Positions 11,846-23,327 of a DNA stretch of 33,164 bases are shown piece by piece. Numbering within the stretch: position 1 is the stretch's first letter; every line of letters starts with the position of its first letter. Below the pieces are notes generated by a model. The model was not told where the DNA came from. It ran no database searches and saw only the letters and a list, made by a program, of their open reading frames with translations. This stretch comes from Asterionella formosa (lineage: Eukaryota). A program made the translations under genes and the position numbers. The stretch is taken from contig NKIB01000388.1 in NCBI GenBank assembly GCA_002256025.1, positions 1 through 33,164 of the forward strand, read 5' to 3'.

Positions 11846-14800
11846 TTAAATATTATGAACTCCCAAGTTTGGCTGGAGTGGAGAACCGGGTGTCATGAAG
11901 GGAACAGGGTCTAATGGAGGAGAGTGTTCTGCCCCTGATTTAGACTTGTTAGAGCCCCCTCCATGAGCCCGACACAACTGAAGCTTCCCAATAGCAACAC
12001 GGTTGCATCCCTCAAGCTTGCAGCGAATGCCTCCTCCATGAGCAGCACAGTAATTCGTACGGCCACGTGCAACCTTGTCACAGTCTTCTTGTGCGCATTT
12101 CTTTCCGCCACCGTGTTTTACACAGAAGCTAGTTGAAGATTGAGCAGATTTGTCACATCCCTCGACCGCACATCGACGGCCTCCTCCATGGCTAGTGCAA
12201 AGGCTTGATCCTCCAACAGCTGATTTCGAACATGTTGGATAACGACATCGTTTTCCTCCTCCATGCGCAGCGCAGAAATATCTATCCCTGGCCCCCTTGT
12301 CGCAACCGGGATGAGTACAACGGCGGCCTCCGCCGTGAGCAATGCAGAATCGAGTTGACCCTTGGGCGCACTTGTCACAGTCGACGTTCTCACATAGTCT
12401 GCTTCCACTGTGCTTGGCACAGTAGGGCCTGCGAGCCACCGCTGGGTCGTCACAACCCTGAATACGACAAGGTTTATCACTTTCAACTAACGGAATATGA
12501 ATTATTCCCATTGTCATTCCTGCCGGCAAGAAATATTGGACTTTCTCGCCTGTGGGAATAGGAGCCGGCGAGGAATTCTGCAAATACATCATAGAACCAT
12601 GAATAGGAGCATTTTCGTGCAGATAATTCATATTAGAATTCTGTTGCTGCGACAAATTTTCTCCGCTAGATTGAACCTGATAAGGAACAACTGCTGGTGT
12701 ATTTGCAAATGAAGCTAGTGAAGGGTCTTGTGAAATGTAAGATGATGCAAGCGATGTTGGCATGGGCATACTTTGATACTGAAAATTGTTTGGTGGCTCA
12801 GGTACATGATTGACATGCTGCAGAGAGATTGGTGCTTGAGCAGAAGTCGAAGAACCGGACGAGGCAAACTGATTGGGAAGCGGCTGAGGCATGTGTAAAG
12901 GAATTAATTGAGGTTGTGAAAGTGCTTGGGACTGCCCATAGATCACCGGTGACTGGTTCTGTTGTTGATCTTGATATGAAACAGGTTGTTGGTAATTTTG
13001 ATTAGAAATTTGTTGATGATTTTGGTACGAAACTTGCTCTTGTTGTAGACCCGATTGCTGTTCTTGATAGGAAACATGATGCTGTTCTCGGTAAGGTGCA
13101 GACTGTTGCTGTTCATGGTAGGAACCATTCAATTGCTGGTCTTGGTAGGAAACGGGATATTGCTGCACCTGTTGATACATCTGATGTGTGCTATTTTGCT
13201 GCTGCGCCATTGGATATAGTGTTGATACGCCTTCTGGTGTGACCGTTACCTGCTGGAACTGATTCGTCGAAAAATGTTGTTGAGTGGTAATATGCTGAGG
13301 AGCAGAGCTTGTAGGAAACTCTTGAGGTGGAGGTGAATGGACGACAATGTGAGCTCGTTTTGAACCTTCAGCATTCGTCGACATGTGCTGATGAGTATTC
13401 CATTGCGGTGCTGTCGTGGCAGATGGTGGTGCATCATTCTGATGGGTCCCCATCGCATCCATTTGTCGGCTGGGTGGAGGTTGGGCCCCTTGGGACATAG
13501 AAATAATGGTTGTGTCTTCCTTGTATCCGCTCTGGTTCTGGAGGGGGACATTTTGGTTCGGCATGTTCAGCGCTTGCAATTGGAGAGAGAGAGAGGAACT
13601 TCGTTCACGATTTTTGTCAAATTTAAGCTGTTCAGAAGAAGTTATTATGTCCCGTGGTCTCTTCTTTCTTAAGAACTCCTGCTGCATTTCCAAATCAGCA
13701 GCCATCTCTCCAAGATCGGCAGGTGCCACGTCTCTCCATAGTTGTTTTCCTACGCTTTCGTGCGGTTCGATCCTTTCAAGGCCATCCCAGAGCAATCGCA
13801 GCGCTTGCTCCACAAAACGGAGCACTACAGGGACGGCATCGGTGCGAAGAATTGAGTAGTAGCATACCACGCAAGCTGGAACTTCGGATTGATCAGAAAA
13901 TATGGGAATAGCGAGAGCTGTTCGAATAGCGGCATTGTCGAAAATCCCAGAGCGCTCAGAGTCAACTATCACGTCACGTTTGGCGCTCCAGACAGCGTTA
14001 CCAGAAGCGAATGCTCTTCCCACTGCCCCCGACCATGGTTTGATTAAAACATTTTGTGATACAACAGCAAACCGTGATAGCGCTTCATTTGTCTTTGTGC
14101 TCATAACTGACGTGACATGACAAAGCTCATCAGCTGACGTGCCTCCGTGAGGGATCCATGCGTCTGCGGCGTCGAAAACAGACATGCCAAGAAAAGCTGA
14201 ACTGAATTCTTCTAATCTTTCTTTTTGTTGAGGGGGCAAAAAAGGTCTGCTGGCAGTGAGGACACTAGAAGAATCGCTACCAACCGATGCTGAAGACGCA
14301 GAGTGGCGCATGGATACAAATGACTGTGAAACCGGATTGGCACTTCGAAGCACGTCGTCAACCGGAGTGTTCATAATTGTGGACCAAACACCAAAGGAAA
14401 CGTCGTCAAACGCATCGCCGTCCATCGGTGATGATTCTGTGGGGTTTTCGTTGTGACTTCCAAGCTCTGCAAATGTCGGCAATATTGGGATGCCGAAACA
14501 ATCTATCGCTGTCAAGTCGTCAGTCTGAAATAAACAATGGTTAGGACACTGACTAGGATTGCGCGTACGGATGCGTTCGTTGACTACTCACGTTTCCAGA
14601 ATTTTCATCATACTTCAGGAACTTGGTATCCTCGTCGAGGGAAACAAAACGAGCAGTCACACCTTTCCCAAGCGACGGGGACATACCGTTGAGATTTTGA
14701 TAAGGAAAGTTTGCTGAATGGGTTGAACTCGGCGGTAGCAAAGCAGGTGCTCGCATATTGCTTCCCACATCAAACACAGGCAGTAGACACGGAATGGAAG

Positions 14801-15562
14801 ATGATGTTGCACTTCGGCTGATGAACTGAAGGTACTCCATTGCTTCGTCCGTATTCTGCAGATTCTCCGGGGAAAACATGACCACAATACACATGTTCCC
14901 GTTTCCATCGATAGCGACAGGCATTCCCACAGCCGTCTGGAGGGGCAAATCAGATCTTCCCAAAAGACCTTCGTGCGTCTGAGAATTCGCCCACAAAACT
15001 TGCGAAGTATTAGAAATTGCATTCACAAGCTGCGGGGATAATACGTGCTTTTTCAAGTCAGATTCAGATTTAACCAATGCTGCTTCCGATGTTTCATCGT
15101 CTCTACCGTCGGAGTCAGGACAAAGCAGCATTGATTTTCTATCTTCATACGACTTCGATGTGTACAGCTGAACAAACTTCAGGTGGCGCCCGTCACCTGG
15201 TTCACGCTGTGTGATGGCTCCGTTTTCGTTGTTGCTATTTTCTAAAAGGAAACCGTGACAGGAGGAGTGTGAGTAGTACTGCAGATTGTTTCTGAATCGT
15301 ATTCTGGCCATTTAGCACATCTAAACGAGTGAAATCAGACAGTGAAAACATGACTAAAGTAAACCAAACAAACCTGTAAATCGGCAAATGACAAATTGGG
15401 AGCATGTGTCTGCTTCTCTTGTTGGATGGGAAGTTGTGACCTACCGATTGTGGGAAGCGTTGTGGGGCTGCTTTCGTTTGATGTCCACCATACTTCGCCA
15501 ATATCAAAGCCCAATCCAGCGCACGCGACTTGGAGGTAAGCCTTTACCCTGTCCGGGTCCAT
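11846..15562 (-). CDS. NIN-like GAF-region protein with Q-rich linker and seven C-terminal WRKY19-like (CxxxxC...CxxHGGG) zinc-finger repeats, ~1148 aa
   Basis: Exons 15562-15445, 15241-14592 and 14524-11846. Introns are 15444-15242 (GTAGGT...TTTTAG) and 14591-14525 (GTGAGT...CTAAC...TTTCAG), and both joins are in frame (PTI-E-NSNN; ENSGN-TDDLTAID). GAF-like motifs: GAVGRAFASGNAVW, IRTALAIPIF...PACVVCYYS, LQTAVGMPV...CIVVMFS. Seven Cys/His repeats at ~11915-12465. Confidence 0.88.
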
Positions 15563-15724
15563 TCTCCTCGAAAATGAGGCAAGATGCAGGTATACACAGA
15601 AGAGCGAGGCCTTTGTGCACAAGCAAATAGATTCGTTCCCCTTGTTTCAACGAAAGGCCAAGCCAAAAAAGGAACTTTTAGCATGTGCAGAACTGCATGA
15701 AACAGCGACAACTGTTTGGTTGCA

Positions 15725-16102
15725 GGTCCCTGGTACCATACCAGGGGGGGGTACCCGGTACGCAGGACGTATTCTGGTTCCAGGGTGGTACCTGGTACCA
15801 GGGTACTACATACATATGTTCAGTACCAGGTACCAGGTACCAGGGTACTCTACATCCATCAGCTATCATACTGGTATACCGGTACTCCTGGAAGGTCCGG
15901 TAAAACACGGTTTTTACTTAAAAACAGACTAAACTGAAGACCGGTATCTCGATTACCGGACCTTCCTGGTACCAGGTACCTGGAACTTCGTACCCCAACA
16001 CAGATACCGGTAACAGCTACAAGGTACCTGGTACCAAGGAGCGAGAACCTGGTACAGTAAATATGTACCGGTATGTTTGAAGCACACGTATGTACTGGTA
16101 CG
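15725..16102. repeat. Dense cluster of GGTACC/ACCGGT/CCWGG-based short palindromes upstream of the GAF-zinc finger gene
   Basis: Many overlapping TACCAGG/CCTGGTA units, e.g. GGTACCTGGTACCAGGGTAC, GTACCAGGTACCAGGTACCAGG, CCTGGTACCAGGTACCTGG. Confidence 0.85.
15890..15966. mobile_element. 77-bp MITE-like element
   Basis: Perfect 14-bp inverted repeats GGAAGGTCCGGTAA (15890-15903) and TTACCGGACCTTCC (15953-15966). TCCTGG overlaps both ends as a direct repeat (possible TSD with a shorter TIR). A second copy lies at ~6803. Confidence 0.6.
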
Positions 16103-17129
16103 TGGGGCACTTGCCGCCTATTTTTCATCTCTACACCATTGTTTCTTGTGCTGGGACTAATGGCTACTTGCTAGGATCCTCGTAGAAACCATTAAACCTA
16201 GATTTGCAAATTTGTGCCATATACGACCAAAGAAAAATGGGATGGGAAAAAAGTGAGGAAACAGGAGACTTTTTAGGGGTTGGGAAATAGGGGGTGCTGA
16301 GGTGGTACCTTTTGACCATAGATAAGGGTGCTAATGCCACCGCAAAGCATTTCGGAGGATAGCACACACATGATGGGTTGGGCCTGGAGGTGTACTAGGC
16401 AAAAAAGCATTTTGTCAAAGCAATGTTGACTGAATAGGTTGTGAATGCGGTCAGAGTTGATAAACACACAGCCATAAGAGGGTTAGAGTGCCACCAAGAA
16501 CACGTAGGGACAAGCAACTGGGCGCTGACATCTGAAGGGAGGAAACTGATGGAGAGATCAATGGATAAAGCAGAGGAACGCAAGAAAAACCAACCGTCCT
16601 CACTGTCACTCAACACGAAATGGACTTGTTCACCAATCGCTCATATAGTAATGTGTTCTGCTTTCCCCTCATATCACTGTTTGCTTATTCATCCTCTTGA
16701 ATTACTTCGGTTTTACATTTGATTGTATGTTTAATCTTTTACATAGGTCCTACTGAAATGAGATGCTGATGCATTTACAATTCATTTTGATATCCTAATC
16801 ATAGTGGCAATGAGAGGAAGCAGCAAATCATTAGTTGTGTATTGCTTGTTTACACTTCAACAAACGCTTCCCATTCTGGATTGAGTTGCCAATTATTGAT
16901 TTATTTCCGAACATTTCTGAATAATAATATGTCAGTCGAATATCGCATAAGTACATCAATAAATCACACTCCAAGGATGTGATTTATAATTTACAACATA
17001 TAATGTTTGATTACAATTGTCCGGAAAAATAAAAACATGCATGTAGCAATCAGTTATGTTCTAACAGTTGAGCATGGATACAATGAAAAAGAGCGAACTT
17101 ACCAATTTTGTTTTGTCGACATTGGTGCT

Positions 17130-17560
17130 TTCACACCAAATGACAAATGAGCTATTGAATCACTTGAGAAGGAAGCAATCATTTTGTAGTTGGATCAATA
17201 GTCACACTGAAAATGGACTACAGAGATGTAGCTAAAATTTCACCAACATGGAATTCCTGCCATTGTTTTTGCCCTATCTACAAATGGAATACAAGCAGTA
17301 CGCTAACTGATCATGGCATTATCTGTACTGGAAAAGGAAGAAATGAGAAATACTTTATCCCTCAAGAAAAATACATTGTCCATCCAAATGTGGCAGTCAT
17401 TTCACCATTGCTATTTGAATGCAAAGAGACAAGCCATACTTGATGGAACTTTTACTTCTGAAAATTATAGATACTGCTGAGTTTGATGCAAACTCAGCAT
17501 GCTTTGCTTGTGTTATCTCCAAGATAGCAAGTCAAAATGTCTTGCAAATGTTATGCAAAA
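17130..17560 (+). pseudogene. Degenerate ORF fragment, tentatively the C-terminal region of a Ginger2/TDD-type (KRBA2/SCAND3-like) transposase
   Basis: Frameshifted reading VGSIVTLKMDYRD...GIPAIVFALS...TDHGIICTGKG...YFIPQEKYIV resembles the region after the integrase core in such elements. No DDE core was seen. Confidence 0.3.
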
Positions 17561-18368
17561 TATATGAACAAATTCAATAAACAATTATAAGTCATTATTA
17601 GGCAATACTTTTCATCGGATTTTTTGTCATTGGAAAATATGATGAAACAAGTGGTTAGGAAACTTTGGTGTAAAATAGTATAGTAATGATTGGATAATGC
17701 CTCATGCAACTAGTACGTATGTTTTATCTGATTTGATTTTGCTTGGTAATATTCATACTACTACTAAATACCGGTATTTTAAGGCGTTTTGGAAACTCCC
17801 ATATGTATCAGGGGCCAGGATGGTGATTTTCTTAGCCCAGAAAAGGTTTTTTAAAATTCAATTGCCTCCAAATTGGCTTGAAATTTTATCCATGACTAAA
17901 AAAAGACGGCTTTGACTGTAGAGCCTCTTCACAAAACAAGCGCTCGAATATAAATTCTGCGACCTATCACTTGAAATCTGAGGCCCGGAAAAGAATAGAT
18001 TCAGCAGATTTTACAAGTAAATTGTGCTGATTTGGATTCATCAGATATGACGTAAAAGATTGACCCCTCATTTTCGCATCGCGCGCTCGATTGGTACCAT
18101 GAAACAATATTAATTTAGCTAAGAAAACACCACACTGAGTAGGATTCTTTTTACAGTTACTTTCTATTGCCCTTTTGATCGACAAACGCAAGTTTGAAGG
18201 ACCACAGAAAGCTGTTGCATGATGTGCCGTCATGCCGTGACGATAGCTTTCTCCTATATTGTTCCCAATTCTGATATCCAAATGAGGATGTCAGAATAGG
18301 GCTGGTGTGCGTTTCAGAAACGTTCGTGACATGACCCCCTATTAGCAAGTGATCAACAAGTGTACTTC

Positions 18369-19229
18369 ATGTCTTCCCTTGACAGCCTTCCTGCCGCTAC
18401 TCCTTATCCATGGGGTCTTAATGACTATCAGATCTTCGAGTCGAAAGGAAGAAAACGAAAGGGGACTGGAATCGCTTTCTTACAATTTACTCTTCAAAAT
18501 GGAAAGGTCAGCAAGGGCGCAGCCAAAATTCTTACTGAGTTGCTGCCTGATCTTGCTGATAAGACCGCTAACGACTTTTGTCCCAATATGTCGACAGCTC
18601 TGTTAGGAAAGTACATTCCCACTCCGATTCATTCAGCGCAGCCTGAAGATGAGATTTTGAGATTGGCAAGCGAGGGAAACGTCAGCCTTTTCGCCTCCCT
18701 GCTCAAGATTATTGACAACGCCAGTCCTGCAGCTGTCCTCAACAAAACCATGATGCGGTCCTGTGTGTTAAGCATTCGTCCCGGGAGTGTACCAGCAAAT
18801 ATGGATGCCAAAGATATGGTCATGGCTGCCTTATTCTTCTTGTCTCGAGACAACCCCAGCAATTCGAAAGAATTCTTGGATCTGCCCTTGATTCGACCTG
18901 TTGTTTCCACCGAGGATTTGGAAAAGCGGTCGTATGAAAAGGTGGGTACTTGGAATATATCCACTGATTTCTTGATTAAGGTGGGAGCATTGGAAATAGC
19001 ATTCATGGAGTCTGCCGCATCTTGGCAAGACCTTCCACGTGATCGCATGTTGCCATGTATCCCCTATGACGACGAACGAATTTTGCTGTACAAAGGAAAC
19101 GTACCTTCCAGCGCAACTCCAAAAGCGAAAAAAGGTGGAGCACAAAAGAGAAGGATATTGTCTTCACCAGTACTAACCGAAATGTCTGATCTGCCAAGCA
19201 CAACTCCGAAAGTGGACGACCAGTGGTAG
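18369..19229 (+). CDS. Hypothetical nuclear protein, 286 aa, with putative NFRKB-like winged-helix domain
   Basis: Intact CpG-rich ORF (first ATG at 18369) with a long antisense shadow ORF and basic NLS-like clusters (KGRKRK, PKAKKGGAQKRR). The domain call is by eye only. Confidence 0.75.
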   Translation: MSSLDSLPAATPYPWGLNDYQIFESKGRKRKGTGIAFLQFTLQNGKVSKGAAKILTELLPDLADKTANDFCPNMSTALLGKYIPTPIHSAQPEDEILRLASEGNVSLFASLLKIIDNASPAAVLNKTMMRSCVLSIRPGSVPANMDAKDMVMAALFFLSRDNPSNSKEFLDLPLIRPVVSTEDLEKRSYEKVGTWNISTDFLIKVGALEIAFMESAASWQDLPRDRMLPCIPYDDERILLYKGNVPSSATPKAKKGGAQKRRILSSPVLTEMSDLPSTTPKVDDQW

Positions 19230-19778
19230 CGTATCACTGATCATTATCCTTTTTTCATTTCAAACAATAATTTCATTAAAAACCATATGCATCTGGGATA
19301 CCTCAGCGCAGTCGACTATGGAACTAGTTGAGTTACACATACCTTATGTTACAGGAGATAGATAGAAAATGGACAATGAACATGTCACTGTCACAATCTG
19401 CTTGAGTCCAGAGTGATCAAGTTTGTTGGAGAATCATGTTTGAAGACTGAATGATCTGTGGAAAAGTGTACATGATTGGTTGAGAAAGGACAGACAGAAG
19501 GCTACCGATACTTTCACATATTTTTGTGAGTGAATCCAATATTTGGAGAGTGGAGCTCAATAGAATTTGAATGATTTTTGCACTTGATCTAGCATATAAT
19601 GGGATATTGGTGTACGAGACTCAAAATGAGAATGTAGAAATTGAAAACCACTATTGTTAGTATAATGGTTCTTGAATGAATGATCTAGATAGTCTATTTA
19701 AAGGAGACAAACATGGTCAAACATGGTGATGTACTTGAAAGAACTTCACTTGAAAGCAGAAACAAGAATTTTACCAAA

Positions 19779-20225
19779 TCAGCAACTTCTATGTAGTAGT
19801 AGTCAGTAGCTTCTAGTCATAGTCAGCAATTTCTAGTCGTACTCAGCATTTCCTACTCGTAGTTAGCATTTTCTACTAGCAGTCAGCAATTTCTATTTGT
19901 GATGATGACTTGTGACCATATATTTAGATATCACCTTATGGTGCTGGTAAGGCTATCAGGGGTAGTACTGGTTTTATGTATGTTATGAACAATGTTCTTC
20001 ATACATGCGAAAGGATCATGCAGAAGATCTATTTGTAATTAGAAATTTCTAATGGTTGTCACCAAATTCTTGTCGTAGTTAGCACATTCTAGTCATAGCC
20101 GACAGATTCTATTCGTATTCAGCAAAAACTGAACATAAAAAGAAATTCCTATTTGTATTCCGAGAAGACGATTTGCTCAACAACTTGTTCATCAGTCAGC
20201 AAGTCCTGGTCGTATTCTGCAAACG
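19779..20225. repeat. ~20-bp minisatellite-like array (TCAGCAATTTCTAGTCGTAG-like)
   Basis: About six head-to-tail units at 19779-19900, with further degenerate units at ~20025-20125 and ~20195-20222. Confidence 0.75.
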
Positions 20226-20815
20226 CGAGTCATCTTCAGTGACTGCATCTGCAAAATTTCACAAGTCAATAGCAGTAAAGGTTTCCTAAATTCTTGAAGG
20301 AAAATTTGAAATCGAAAGCTGGCCTATCTCACCTGACAGGCATGACATGGATCATTGGGAGTGCATTACCCAACCTTCCGGTAGATCAAGGAGTACAGCA
20401 AGTTGCAGTGATTTTGCAATATCTAGTTCTATGTAAGACTTTGTTACTGATTCCCATACCAAATTGATACATGGCTGTTTCTCTTCTTGATATCTGTTTA
20501 ATAAACCATAATAAACCAACCAGGCCGGCTTGTTCTTCCAGCCAATATTGTTTTAGTTTTAATCTTATTTAGCCTAAAATATTAAGACCAATCTGTTTTG
20601 CTTACTATTCTACCATTTGCTTCTGTTGGTTTTGTTTAATGAAGGATCTTTTTGCTTAAAGTAGCATTTTTGCTTATCGTGTGATGCACATCATCCTTTC
20701 AACACAAGAACTGCTGTGACACCCGCCTACAACCTACGTAATACTGTGGCTAATTATACTGAAGTATACCAGGTACCAGAAAACATATGTAGGATGAAGT
20801 GAACAATGTATACTA

Positions 20816-22381
20816 TTGCGCGATGTCGACGCCCTTGAATGGAGGGAGTCCATGCACAAGGAAATCACTTCACTCATCAAACAAGGAACTTGGGAAATTG
20901 TCTCAAAATCTTCAGCAACAACCAAAATTCTACCTGGCACTTGGACTCTTCGCTGTAAAAATCATCCAGACAGACGTACACATCAAATCGCTAAAGGCTC
21001 GTTGGTGCATTTGTGGTGACCTCCAAGAACCAATGGAAAACACCTTTGCTCCTGTTGTGATGTGGTCTACTGTACGTCTTCTGATGTACTTCACCTCGTT
21101 TTTCAAGCTCCACACTTGGTGTCTTCATTTCAGCAATGCCTTCGTTTTAGCTGCCCTTGACGAGCCAATTTATTTCCATCTCCCTTTGCTATCAGATTGA
21201 TTCTGACCAAGATGTCTTTCTGAAGCTCACCAAGAGTCTCTATGGCCTGGTGCAAGCCCCTCGCCTCTGCTTTGACCATCTGAAAGCAAAACTTGAAACA
21301 CGCGGTTTCACTCAAAGTTTCCTCGATCCACGTCTTTTCTATTGCAAAACTACTGTCCTTGTTTGCTTCGTGGATGACATTATAATGGTGAAATCGGACT
21401 ATAGTGTTCTTGATGCACTTGTTGCTGATCTTAAAGTTGAAACAGAACTCACTGACAAAGAAGCTGATCTTGCTGCTTTCTTGGGCATCCAAGTCTCTTG
21501 CAAGAACGGCACCTTCACCTTGACGCAAACTGCTGGTCTCACTGACCGCATCATCTTTAACTTAGGTCTCGACTTTGCCACCCCAACCTGGAATCCTACC
21601 ACACAAGAATCGCTTGGGTCTGATGTTGATGGACTTCCTATGACTGAAACCTGGAATTATCGATCTGTCATAGGAATGCTTCTGTATTTGAGCAACAATT
21701 CTCATCCTGATATTGCCTTTGCAGTTCACCAGTGTGCTCGATTCTCTCATGCTTCCAAGCAAACCCATGCTCTTGCAATTTAAAGCCATCAGACGATGCC
21801 TCATTCGTACTCATGACAAAGGTCTCATTATTTCTCCATCTGGGGGGGGGGGATTTTTGGGGTTGTTTGTTATGTTGATGCGGATTTTGCTGGCCTTTGG
21901 CTAAATGAAGATGAGCAAAACCCTCTTTCTGTAAAGTTGCGCACCGGATACTACCTTATCACTATTAGTGGCTGTCCTCTTACCTGGACCTCCAAACTTC
22001 AAACTGAAGTTCTTGCCTTGTCCACTATGGAAGCTGAGTACATTGCATTGTCCCATTCCATTTGCAAGCTTATTCCTATTTGTGCCCCTTGCTAAGGAAA
22101 TGGCAATTTCTATGGGACATAGACCAATATTTGAAATTCAAACCTATTCTAAAGTCTTTGAGAATAATAATGGGACTCTCAATATTGCCTTCTCACCCCA
22201 CATGACATCCCAGTCTAAACACATTGCTGTCCAGTAACATTTCTTCCATTCCCATTTTGCAAATTGACACATTAAAATCATAAAGATTGCCACTACCGAA
22301 CAAAAGGCAGACATCTTCACCAAAGGACTTGTTTGCACTGTTTTCGAGTCCATTCGGAAGTTGTTCATCATGGGGTGGTAG
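20816..22381 (+). pseudogene. Ty1/Copia LTR retrotransposon pol remnant (reverse transcriptase + RNase H), frameshifted
   Basis: WRESMHKEITSLIKQGTWEIV, ILPGTW, KARWCICGDLQ, TFAPVVMWSTVR, LKLTKSLYGLVQAPR, FVDD, YRSVIGMLLYL, HPDIAFAVHQCARFS, YVDADFAGLW, GCPLTWTSKLQ, LSTMEAEYIALS, SKHIAV, EQKADIFTKGL, ending MGW*. Gag, protease and integrase are not visible. Confidence 0.95.
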
Positions 22382-22469
22382 TGGTTACTATCCTATGCAT
22401 CCTCCCTGTGATATCAATAATATGTGTCTCATTCACTCCTCAATCTTCTTTTGGTTGGTATCTTTGTCT

Positions 22470-22481
22470 GAAAGGGAGAGT
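22470..22481 (+). promoter_or_regulatory. Polypurine tract of the Copia element; the 3' LTR probably follows
   Basis: GAAAGGGAGAG lies ~90 nt after the pol stop. The LTR end cannot be fixed because no 5' LTR is present for comparison. Confidence 0.6.
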
Positions 22482-23327
22482 CAGTATACTGGCTGGTCGC
22501 TCATTTGTGTACTAGCTAGTAGCTACTAGAAGCAATGCCAGTATATTACCAACAGTAGCACTATATCACTTCCGGCCTGTCAACGGCAGCACCATACTGC
22601 CGGAGCAGCACTTTACTATCAGGTATTACTGGTTTGTATAATGGCTGCCAGCAGGAATTTAGTGATGCATAGCAGTATCAGCAGGCTGTGTATAACTGGT
22701 GCCTATTACCAGCCATCAGGTGGTTCTGTAGCTGCCATGATTTAGTGATGCTAGCAGACTAGTAATGGTATGACAGCACAATGCTGCTGGTACTACTACT
22801 AAGCAGGCAGGTCTATGGTACCAGGTACCTGGTACTACTAGGCTACACATTCAGACACAGCAGGCTACCACTGCCAGCACCTCTGGTCTTGCTACTAGCA
22901 TTTCTCTACCTTTTCCCTTAGAAGTCTGTAGATTTACTACTCAGTCTATGGTGCCAGCACTTCATTAGTTGCTTCTGGCATTTCCTCATCTTCCTCATTT
23001 TGCCAACTATAATTAAGCTCATATATTTGAAAACATCAGTTTTGTCAACCAAATTTACATTCATTTCTTTCTTTCAACCTTCGTCACTCTCCTACATTCA
23101 ATACTGCTTCCCACTTGATTTCTACACAATCTACTAGCTTGCTACTATACCACCTTGGATCCCTAAAAGGCCCACCCTTGCTTCTTGACTTTACCACATG
23201 GTTTGTTACTTAAGTTCTACACAACCTTGGATCCCTCTAGAATCTGTCATCTTCTGGTACATTGTATTCATCTACCTCTTTCCTACCTGAGTTTACTACC
23301 TTTCATTTGAAGACTCAATCTTTCTTA

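Noticed and set aside
11915..12465. Calling the gene a WRKY transcription factor
   Set aside because: There is no WRKYGQK domain; only the HGGG Cys/His repeat shared with WRKY19 is present.
12118..14456. Alternative-frame and antisense ORFs inside real genes (also 18629-19203, 30293-31790)
   Set aside because: These are shadow ORFs with no recognisable motifs.
15615..16128. Overlapping short ORFs rich in VPGT/YQVP/WYLV (also 29201-29413)
   Set aside because: These are translation artefacts of the GGTACCAGG palindrome clusters.
21842..21852. G11 run as a G-quadruplex or programmed frameshift
   Set aside because: It is a single homopolymer in a dead Copia pol with many other lesions; slippage is sufficient.
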